Shown here piece by piece: positions 56,960 through 64,000 of a DNA stretch of 64,000 bases; position 1 is the first letter of the stretch; each line of letters begins with the position of its first letter. The notes beneath the pieces are model-generated. The model was not told where the DNA came from. It saw only the letters and a list, made by a program, of their open reading frames with translations, and did no database searches. Source of the stretch: Minisyncoccia bacterium (GTDB lineage Bacteria > Patescibacteriota > Minisyncoccia > UBA6257 > 2-01-FULL-56-20); NCBI GenBank assembly GCA_050008535.1, contig JBEKML010000001.1, forward strand, positions 66,246 to 130,245, written 5' to 3'. The position numbers and the translations under genes are program-made.

Positions 56960-57031
56960 GCGCGCTTAGCTCAGTGGCAGAGCAACTCCTTTACACGGAG
57001 TGGGTCCGGGGTTCGATCCCTCGAGCGCGCA
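56960..57031 (+). tRNA. tRNA-Val (TAC)
   Basis: Acceptor stem gcgcgct/agcgcgc. Anticodon stem actcc/ggagt with loop ttTACac. T-arm cgggg-TTCGATC-cctcg. Confidence 0.75.
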
Positions 57032-57037
57032 CAACAG

Positions 57038-57856
57038 CTACGCTTGCTTGTTGAGGACGTAGAAATTCTCGAACAGCTTTGCGACGAGCACCGGTCCGGT
57101 GCCGCCCGGCGTCTTCGTGTAATGGACGTTTTTCGCATCGGCGCCGGCGGGGTCAAAGTCGCCCGCGAGCTTGCCCAGGGCATTGCGGCTGAAACCGAAA
57201 TCGATCACCACCGCGCCCTCCTTCAGGTGCTCCGCACTGAAGAGCCCCGGTTGCCCCGCACCACTTATCACCATATCGGCTCCGCGGAGCCGCGCGTGAA
57301 GGTCCTTCACCTTGCTGTCCAGGACGACGAGCTCTGCCACGCGGTTCTGCAACCAGAAGCCGACCGGCTTTCCGATCAAAAATCCCGCACCCACCATGAC
57401 GACGGTAAGGTCGCGAAGATCGCGCCGTTCAAGTTTCAAAATTTCCTCCACCACCGCCGCGGATGGGGGCATGGCCACGCTTCTCTCCGTATAGAACGCG
57501 CCGAGCGCCGCTTCGCTCAAAAAATCGACGTCTTTCTCTTTTGGGATCGCGTTTAAAACATAATGCCGGTTGATCTTCTCGGGAAGCGGGAGCTGCACGA
57601 TAAATCCTCCACAAGTTATGGGCCGCGCGAGGCGCCCGATCTCCTCGCGAAGTTCATCAGTGGTACTTTCAACCGGCAGTTTATATAAACGGAACTCGAT
57701 GCCGAGCTCTTGCGCCACTTTTTCCTTTTGTTTCAAAAAATTGAGGGAGGCCGGGTCGTCGCCCACGAGCACCGCGCCGAAAAATTTCGCGGGTTTCGGC
57801 AGCCGCTTAAGGCGCTCTATAATTCCGCCCGCGATCGTCTTACCGTCAATTACCAT
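57038..57856 (-). CDS. folD: bifunctional methylenetetrahydrofolate dehydrogenase/cyclohydrolase
   Basis: Motifs MVIDGKTIAGGI, VVMVGAGFLIGKPV and GGTGPVLVAKLFEN. Confidence 0.9.
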   Translation of the reverse strand: MVIDGKTIAGGIIERLKRLPKPAKFFGAVLVGDDPASLNFLKQKEKVAQELGIEFRLYKLPVESTTDELREEIGRLARPITCGGFIVQLPLPEKINRHYVLNAIPKEKDVDFLSEAALGAFYTERSVAMPPSAAVVEEILKLERRDLRDLTVVMVGAGFLIGKPVGFWLQNRVAELVVLDSKVKDLHARLRGADMVISGAGQPGLFSAEHLKEGAVVIDFGFSRNALGKLAGDFDPAGADAKNVHYTKTPGGTGPVLVAKLFENFYVLNKQA

Positions 57857-57880
57857 GCCTACAGCGTATCACCGCTTCGG

Positions 57881-59128
57881 CTAATTTTCCACAGGAAATC
57901 TTTTACAAAGCTTCGCCACTTCTCTTTTCGCGTTCTTATTTTCCACAAGCACCGCGCAGATAAGCCGCGCCACTTCTTTCATCTCCTTCTCCTTCATCCC
58001 GCGCGTCGTCAAGGCCGGAGTACCCAAGCGAATACCCGACGGGTCCATCGGCGGACGCGGGTCGTAGGGAATCGTGTTCTTATTGGTGACTATGCCGTTT
58101 TCTTCCAATCGCAGCGCCGCTTCTTTCCCGGACAGACCGCGCGCTGCGACGTCCATTAAGATCAGGTGGGTATCGCTGCCGCCCGAAACGATGCGCATAC
58201 CGAGGCGCTCAAGTTCCCGCGCAAGCAATCGCGCGTTTTTCACCACCTGCCGCGCGTATTTCTTGAATGCGGGCTGCTTCGCCTCGTAGAGCGCCACGGC
58301 GGTCGCCGCGATCTGGTTCACGTGCGGCCCGCCCTGCAAGCCCGGAAATACCGCCCGGTCTATCATCTTCGCAATGTCTATCTTATTTCGCGCCGCGATC
58401 TTTGATGCACGGTTCATAAAGATCATTGCGCCCCGCGGACCACGGAGGGTTTTATGCGTCGTTGTTGTCACCACGTCAGCGTACGGGAAAGGAGATGGGT
58501 ACGCCCCGCCCGCCACAAGCCCCGCAAAATGCGACATATCCACCATTAAATAAGCATGAACCGAATCCGCGATGCGGCGGAATTTTTTGAAATCGATCAC
58601 GCGCGGATACGCCGTGTAGCCCGCGACGATAAGCCGCGGCCTCTCGCGGCGCGCCATGCGCGCGATCGCGTTGTAATCCAAGAGCTCTGTTTTTTGGTCC
58701 ACACTGTACTGAACGGCATTCCAAAATTTCCCCGTAGCACTCACTTTGTGTCCGTGCGTAAGATGCCCTCCCATGGCAAGCTGCAATCCCATTATTTTTT
58801 CTCCCAACGGTACGAGCGCCAAATATACCGCAAGATTCGCGGGCGACCCCGAGTACGGCTGCACATTCACGTGCCATTTTGACTTCGGCAGCCGGAACAC
58901 CTCGAGCGCCCGCGTACGGCACAAGTTTTCCACTTCGTCCACGTACTCGTTGCCCTGATAGTACCGCGCGGCCGGATATCCTTCCGCATATTTATTCGTA
59001 AAGACCGATCCCAACGCGCGGAGCACTTCCTTTGAAACAATATTTTCCGAAGGGATAAGGTCAAGCGTTTCGCGCTCGCGCCGCGCCTCCTGCGCTATAA
59101 GACGATCCACCAACTTGTCTTTTGCCAT
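57881..59128 (-). CDS. glyA: serine hydroxymethyltransferase
   Basis: Motifs DLIPSENIVS and TTTTHKTLRGPRGAMIF (PLP-Lys). Start taken at the internal Met MAKDKL at 59128. Confidence 0.95.
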   Translation of the reverse strand: MAKDKLVDRLIAQEARRERETLDLIPSENIVSKEVLRALGSVFTNKYAEGYPAARYYQGNEYVDEVENLCRTRALEVFRLPKSKWHVNVQPYSGSPANLAVYLALVPLGEKIMGLQLAMGGHLTHGHKVSATGKFWNAVQYSVDQKTELLDYNAIARMARRERPRLIVAGYTAYPRVIDFKKFRRIADSVHAYLMVDMSHFAGLVAGGAYPSPFPYADVVTTTTHKTLRGPRGAMIFMNRASKIAARNKIDIAKMIDRAVFPGLQGGPHVNQIAATAVALYEAKQPAFKKYARQVVKNARLLARELERLGMRIVSGGSDTHLILMDVAARGLSGKEAALRLEENGIVTNKNTIPYDPRPPMDPSGIRLGTPALTTRGMKEKEMKEVARLICAVLVENKNAKREVAKLCKRFPVEN

Positions 59129-59223
59129 TAGGATAAGGTTACCCTCAAAATCCTTGTGCCGCAAACGGAAAAAATGGCCGCTTGACCCAAATGTGCCGCC
59201 CTTGATAGGATACGAGCATACCA

Positions 59224-59775
59224 ATGGCCATCCCCTCCGCGAAACGCCATCCCACACAAAAGATCGTCAAGGACTACGACACGCTTGCCAAAGCGATCGA
59301 TGGTCTGCGCGCGGTGGATTACAAAGTAGTGGTCACGATCGGCTCGTGGGATATGCTGCACATCGGCCACGTCCGTTATCTCCTGAAAGCGAAAGATTGC
59401 GGCGACGTACTTATTGTAGGGACCGACACCGATCGCGCGATCAAACTGTACAAAGGAGAACTCAGGCCGGTGATCCCCGAAGGAGAACGGACCGAAATGT
59501 TGAGCTACCAATCGTGCGTGGATTTCGTCACACTCGTTGACGATCTTGACGAGAAGGGCTCGTGGCAGTACGGATTGATAAAAAAACTGCAGCCGGACGT
59601 GTTTGTCGCCGTCGAAGACAGTTATCCGCAGGCACAACTGGACGAGATAAAGAAGTATTGCAAGGAGGTTGTTGTTTTCCCGCGGCAGGCGAAAGACACT
59701 TCTACCACGCGCATGATCCAGGACACCATCAAAAAGCAGCTTGATCAGATGTATAAACTGACCGAGAAGCGTTAG
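59224..59775 (+). CDS. cytidylyltransferase-like nucleotidyltransferase (HxGH family)
   Basis: TIGSWDMLHIGHVRYL carries the (H/T)xGH motif of the CTP_transf_like superfamily. Confidence 0.6.
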   Translation: MAIPSAKRHPTQKIVKDYDTLAKAIDGLRAVDYKVVVTIGSWDMLHIGHVRYLLKAKDCGDVLIVGTDTDRAIKLYKGELRPVIPEGERTEMLSYQSCVDFVTLVDDLDEKGSWQYGLIKKLQPDVFVAVEDSYPQAQLDEIKKYCKEVVVFPRQAKDTSTTRMIQDTIKKQLDQMYKLTEKR

Positions 59776-59788
59776 CGAAACTGCGATC

Positions 59789-60619
59789 ATGAAACGGGTG
59801 CTTGTGCTCTATGTGCCGGTCCTCCACGAAGGATATATAAAACTTTTTGAAAAATACCGCGGCAAGGCGGACGCCCTTTATCTTTTGGGTGAAGACATCG
59901 TCGCCGATTTTTTCCCGCTCCATAAGGAAATCCGCGCGCTTGGCTCCGGAACGGCGAAGAACCTGATCTCCGCTTTGAATATTTTCCCGACCGTTGCGGT
60001 GCTTGATAAAAAAGCGGCGGGCGGCCTCCTGGGTGACACCGAAATTATCACGGCGACCGACGAACTCTGCCGGAAAATCATTGAAAAATATTTCCCGAAA
60101 AATCGGGCGGTGTACGAATCGGTATTTCTCCGCTGGGACGAAAAGAACGTAAAAAGTTCCACCGACATAAAATATGACCGGACCTCCGAAGACGGTTTTG
60201 ACCGGGAGATGTGCGCGGCAGCGGCGAACGAGGCGGAACAAAGCTCCGATTGGTGGCGGCATGTGGGCGCCGTGGTCGTGAAAGGCGGGAAAATAATTTT
60301 CAAAGCGCACAATCATCACGTTCCAACGGAACATATGCCGTATATCCAGGGCGATCCCCGTGACGTTATTGAATCAGGAACGTTGAACTTGGTATACAGC
60401 TCGCTCCACGCCGAACAAACCATCGTCGCCGAGGCGGCTCAAAAAGGAATTCCACTCAAAGGAGCGAGTATGTATTTGAATATTTTTCCCTGCCCGCTCT
60501 GCGCAAAATTGATGGCCTATTCCGGCATCAAAAAATGTTTTTTCAAAACCGGTTCCGCCTGGCTGGATGCCGAATCAGTGCTCCGTGCGCAGGGCGTGGA
60601 GATCATTCTTGTACGATAA
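59789..60619 (+). CDS. dCMP/CMP deaminase domain protein with ~130-aa N-terminal extension
   Basis: C-terminal zinc motifs HAEQ...PCPLCAK. No recognisable motifs in the N-terminal half. Confidence 0.7.
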   Translation: MKRVLVLYVPVLHEGYIKLFEKYRGKADALYLLGEDIVADFFPLHKEIRALGSGTAKNLISALNIFPTVAVLDKKAAGGLLGDTEIITATDELCRKIIEKYFPKNRAVYESVFLRWDEKNVKSSTDIKYDRTSEDGFDREMCAAAANEAEQSSDWWRHVGAVVVKGGKIIFKAHNHHVPTEHMPYIQGDPRDVIESGTLNLVYSSLHAEQTIVAEAAQKGIPLKGASMYLNIFPCPLCAKLMAYSGIKKCFFKTGSAWLDAESVLRAQGVEIILVR

Positions 60620-60650
60620 GAACGTAGTGGCAAACAAGAAGCACGTCCCG

Positions 60651-61157
60651 TCAACCAACCGGGAACCAAACTATCTTCGCTCTCCCGTTTTTCATTTTGG
60701 ACACAAGAAGGTGTGCATGGATATGACAGACGGAAGAGCCCGTAAATGCGGTATCGCCGAACCGGAGCGCGAGCGCGCCGCCCTTGATGCGGAATTTTTT
60801 TACGGCCCATGCGGCCAAGCGCGCAATGCTTTGCCAATCGTGCGGCGAAAGTTCGTTAATATGCTCCTTGTGCTTTGTTTTGATGATGAGGAAATGATGC
60901 TTTGTGTTTTTATATGGGCTGAAGCTCTCCGTAATGAGCCACCCGCCTTCGCGCCTTAGGATCGGCTTCGTGTGCCATTTGAATGTCTTGGGGCAAAAGG
61001 GGCAGACGCCCTCGTTTTGAATATCGTGGAGGATCGCGCGATAACGAGCGCTTTTTGCCGAGCGCGGATCAACTACTTTAATTTTCTTTTTTCCTTTCAT
61101 AGGTTTTGAAAACGAATCGGTGCGCATGTTTTTCATCAGCTTCGTGCGGCACGGCAC
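60651..61157 (-). CDS. HIT-family hydrolase-like protein
   Basis: The histidine triad is CHIHAHLL. The N-terminus has CPFCP. The start codon is uncertain. Confidence 0.55.
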   Translation of the reverse strand: MPCRTKLMKNMRTDSFSKPMKGKKKIKVVDPRSAKSARYRAILHDIQNEGVCPFCPKTFKWHTKPILRREGGWLITESFSPYKNTKHHFLIIKTKHKEHINELSPHDWQSIARLAAWAVKKFRIKGGALALRFGDTAFTGSSVCHIHAHLLVSKMKNGRAKIVWFPVG

Positions 61158-61575
61158 CGGTAATGCGCCATTCGTTCTCGTTGAATTCCGGGAAATAAGT
61201 GTCGGCCGGGATCTCCGCGTCCACGAAGGTCAAATACATTTTATCCGCGTACGGCAGCGCGAGTCTATAGATCTCTCCGCCCCCGATCACGAACACGTCC
61301 TCACCGGCCGCAGCGCCCGTCTCCTTGAACGCCTCTTCTATAGAACCGACCACCACGGCCCCGGGCGCTTTGTAGTCTGCATTTCTCGTGATCACGATAT
61401 TTTTCCTTTCGGGCAGCGCCTTGCCGATGGATTCGTACGTCTTGCGGCCCATGATAATAGAGTGGCCGCGGGTGATCTCTTTGAATCTTTTGAGGTCGTC
61501 CGGCAAATGCCACGGGAGCTTGTTGCCGAAGCCAAGTTCCCGATTCCTTCCAATGGCCGCCATAAGTACGATCAT
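61078..61575 (-). CDS. folA: dihydrofolate reductase
   Basis: Motifs MIVLMAAIGRNRELGFGNKLPWHLPDDLKRFKEIT and VIGGGEIY. Confidence 0.9.
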   Translation of the reverse strand: MIVLMAAIGRNRELGFGNKLPWHLPDDLKRFKEITRGHSIIMGRKTYESIGKALPERKNIVITRNADYKAPGAVVVGSIEEAFKETGAAAGEDVFVIGGGEIYRLALPYADKMYLTFVDAEIPADTYFPEFNENEWRITGAVPHEADEKHAHRFVFKTYERKKEN

Positions 61576-62399
61576 AAGGAAACCGGAATTTTGACCGGCG
61601 GATGCGGATCGTAATTCTCTAGCGTGAAATCTTCAAACTTGAAGCTGAAAATATCTTTCACTTCCGGGTTGATCTTCACCTGCGGCAGCGGGCGCGGCTC
61701 GCGCGTCAAAAGTTCCTTCACCGGTTCGATCTGATTCAAATAAATATGCGTATCGGAAAGCGTATAAACGAATTCTTTCGGCTTCAAGCCCGTAACTTGC
61801 GCGACCATCATCAAGAGCAGTGCGTACTCGGCGATATCAAACGGCACGCCGATCGGTACGTCCGCGCTCCGCTGGAAAAGGTGGAGCGAAAGTTCGCCCT
61901 GCGCGTGGAAGAATTTGAAAAAACAATGGCACGGCGCAACGAATACCTTGTCCACTTCGGCCGGATTCCATGCGGTGACCACAAGCCGCCGCGAATCAGG
62001 ATTCGTTTTTAAGTCGCGGATAAGATTCGCGATCTGGTCCACCGGCTTCTCGCCGCCTCCATTGAACGCACGCCACTGTTTTCCATAGATAGGACCGAGG
62101 TCTCCGGGTTCAAGCCCTAATGGTCCGCAAATTTCGGGCGTCGCCCAGATATCCCAGATATGCACGTTGTTTTTTTGCAGATCCTCCACGCGCGTGCTTC
62201 CTGATAAGAACCAAAGCAGTTCGTATACCATCGCCTTGAACGATCCCTTCATGCTCCGCGTCGTGATGAGCGGGAAGCCGTCGTTCAGGTCAAACCGCAT
62301 CTGGTACCCGCACACCGCGATATTCCCCACTTTTTGCGGGTCCGTTTTTTGCTTTCCGTTCTTCAAAACATGCTCTACGAGATCGAGATATTGGCGCAT
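61572..62399 (-). CDS. thyA: thymidylate synthase
   Basis: Active-site PCH and DLGPIYG motifs. It overlaps the folA start by 4 nt. Confidence 0.95.
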   Translation of the reverse strand: MRQYLDLVEHVLKNGKQKTDPQKVGNIAVCGYQMRFDLNDGFPLITTRSMKGSFKAMVYELLWFLSGSTRVEDLQKNNVHIWDIWATPEICGPLGLEPGDLGPIYGKQWRAFNGGGEKPVDQIANLIRDLKTNPDSRRLVVTAWNPAEVDKVFVAPCHCFFKFFHAQGELSLHLFQRSADVPIGVPFDIAEYALLLMMVAQVTGLKPKEFVYTLSDTHIYLNQIEPVKELLTREPRPLPQVKINPEVKDIFSFKFEDFTLENYDPHPPVKIPVSL

Positions 62400-62420
62400 G
62401 CGTTCATTATAATCCGGTTG

Positions 62421-63005
62421 CTACTTGCCCGACCCCTCTTCTCCTGGCGCAAGGCCTCTGCGCATCAGACGATCCAGTAGATGCAGCCTCGCCCGGTGAA
62501 GTCTCGATTTTACGGTCTCCACCTTCATGCCTGACGCTCCTGCAATTTGTTCGTCTGTCCAATCGTCAAGATGTAACATGAGGACGGTTCTTTCTTCTTC
62601 CTTGAGATTCTCTATCGCTTCACGGAAGAGAGTCACCTGCTGCTCTTGGATCATAAGAGCTTCGGGGTCAGTGCCCGCGGCTGGATTATTCTGCCCCGCA
62701 AAAAACAGTTCTTCAAGATAAAGATCGGTGTCGGCGCCCCGCCTGTCAGCGTGGCGCTTCCGCAACCAACTATAGGCCTCATTGATGGCGATTCTGAACA
62801 CCCACGAAGTAAGCTTGCCCTCTCCTCTAAACGAAGAGAGTCCTATTGTCGCTTTAAGGGTAGCTTCCTGTGCAACATCCTCGTAGTCGTGATCCGTGGT
62901 CGCCCTTCCATTAAGAAATCCCCTTGTTGCTCGCAAAGCAACTTGCGAGCATCTCTCTGCAAATAGTTCTCTGTTTTCGGGCATTAAGTACTCAGCCGCG
63001 GTCAT
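62421..63005 (-). CDS. ECF-type sigma factor
   Basis: Region 2 reads SWVFRIAINEAYSWLRKRH. Region 4 reads TDEQIAGASGMKVETVKSRLHRARLHLL. Start taken at Met 41 of the track ORF. Confidence 0.75.
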   Translation of the reverse strand: MTAAEYLMPENRELFAERCSQVALRATRGFLNGRATTDHDYEDVAQEATLKATIGLSSFRGEGKLTSWVFRIAINEAYSWLRKRHADRRGADTDLYLEELFFAGQNNPAAGTDPEALMIQEQQVTLFREAIENLKEEERTVLMLHLDDWTDEQIAGASGMKVETVKSRLHRARLHLLDRLMRRGLAPGEEGSGK

Positions 63006-63216
63006 TTCATCAAGCGGGTGGATAGATTTCGCTTCTCTCCCGCCCCCTTCCCCGGCTGCCGATAGTCGCTCCGAAGATGCCTTTCTCATGAAGGTCATTA
63101 TATCGGACTTCCCGGCAAAAAACAAACTATTGAACCGAACGAAGCTTTACACAAAAACTGATTTGTGCTATTAAATAGCCAGCACCAGGAATTCAAAACT
63201 AACCAAGGAGAAGGGC

Positions 63217-64000
63217 ATGTCAACCATCGCGTATATTTTGCTCGGTTTCACCGTGCTCATGGCTGGCCTCTGGCTGGCCGTGCGTCTCGGAGGGGCGCGT
63301 GAGCGAAGACGGGCGAGGGAAGAAGCCGCCAGAACCGCACTAGCGCAGGCCCCGGCACCGCCGCCGGCCCCAGTGATTCGTCCACCAAAGGACAACTCCC
63401 GGGATCGTCTTCGGGATCGGTTACGCGAACGAAAAGCGGCCGACGCAGATCTGGCCAGCTCGCTTGCCTCGTGCATGACGGAGTTCGGGAACCGCATATC
63501 CGTGGACGAGGTCCTCCGAGCGGCGCTGCAAATCGGTTACTCACCGACCGAAGCCGCCATTGTCATGGCGGAGCGGCAATATCAACCAAAAGAAATCGCC
63601 AGCTTGCTCGTCGAAGAAGGTAAGTTCAGCATCACCGAACTTGGCGACGTCATCATGCCGCTCGTGGAGGGCGAGACCTTAGCGGCAAGGGCGGAAGTAA
63701 CATTCGAAGTCGTCCTGGACGTCCTGGACATCGATGACGAAGACGAAGAGCTCCTGCGATTACCCGTCCACCTCGGATGCTCCGCCGAAGAAGCGGCGGC
63801 GATCGGCTACAACGGGACCGATCTGGATCTCGCATCGGTTCTCAAGAAACTCGGTCTGTGCGCATCGCCGGACGTCGTCGCGGGAATCGCCAAGGCTCTC
63901 GATGTCGATCTGTCTGAAGACGAAGAATACGCGGCTATGCGCAAAGACGGCGATGTTGAATTCGATGCCGCGGCGGCGATTCTGAAAGCCTGCGGCGAGG
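63217..64000 (+). CDS. partial CDS (runs off the window): single-TM protein with acidic C-terminal region
   Basis: The ATG at 63217 is preceded by AGGAG. There is no stop before the window ends. GC-rich. The gene is divergent from the ECF sigma gene and may encode its partner or anti-sigma factor. Confidence 0.4.
   Translation, partial: MSTIAYILLGFTVLMAGLWLAVRLGGARERRRAREEAARTALAQAPAPPPAPVIRPPKDNSRDRLRDRLRERKAADADLASSLASCMTEFGNRISVDEVLRAALQIGYSPTEAAIVMAERQYQPKEIASLLVEEGKFSITELGDVIMPLVEGETLAARAEVTFEVVLDVLDIDDEDEELLRLPVHLGCSAEEAAAIGYNGTDLDLASVLKKLGLCASPDVVAGIAKALDVDLSEDEEYAAMRKDGDVEFDAAAAILKACGE

Noticed and set aside
63171-63544. Minus-strand ORFs of 95 to 108 aa at the right end of the window
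   Set aside because: They lie antisense to the GC-rich partial plus-strand CDS that starts at 63217 with a good RBS. Their translations are Arg/Ala-rich nonsense.
1-64000. CRISPR array
   Set aside because: No regularly spaced short direct repeats were seen anywhere. The five hairpin copies are dispersed over 43 kb, each is an inverted repeat, and they have no spacer architecture.

Overview
This 64-kb window looks like a small-genome bacterium, plausibly Patescibacteria/CPR-like; that placement is an inference from gene content, with no taxonomic marker to confirm it. The likely core genome includes clpB, htrA, a cysteine desulfurase, ftsK, recA, pnp, rpsO, xerC/D, gyrA, an S1-domain protein, folD, glyA, a dCMP deaminase, folA, thyA, hup, two ECF sigma factors, and tRNAs Arg, Gly, Leu, Phe, Pro, Arg and Val. 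These sit among many exported or membrane hypothetical proteins.

Three regions stand out.

1. The first ~13 kb (about 0.4 to 13.5 kb) reads as an integrated mobile element next to a tRNA-Arg gene. It carries a large serine recombinase, two paralogous genes that look like terminase small subunits, a winged-helix protein that may be a replication initiator, an XRE regulator, and cargo of unknown function. No capsid or large-terminase genes are present, so it resembles a phage satellite or PICI-type island. Its cargo includes an amino-DNA methyltransferase whose stop codon overlaps, convergently, that of an 843-aa GHKL/Bergerat-fold ATPase. That pairing is a candidate MORC-like restriction-modification or defense module with no recognisable nuclease.

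2. Five dispersed copies of a roughly 70-bp hairpin element occur at 13.4, 18.0, 25.3, 56.2 and 56.4 kb. Each has a conserved 18-nt apical core, GAGCCCTTCT(T/G)AGTACTC, flanked by long (22 to 27 bp), essentially perfect inverted-repeat arms. The arm sequences differ between copies. Two copies bracket tRNA-Phe in opposite orientation. This looks like an undescribed structured repeat or miniature element family.

3. Between 44.5 and 51.7 kb, a tyrosine recombinase abuts tRNA-Leu. Next come two membrane proteins that look GC-rich, then a tandem array of six divergent TrbC/VirB2-like pilin paralogs, two of them fused to Cys-rich domains, and then a solute-binding protein.

All coordinates are 1-based and include the stop codon where the ORF track did. 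Functions were assigned from motifs visible in the translations; no database search was possible.
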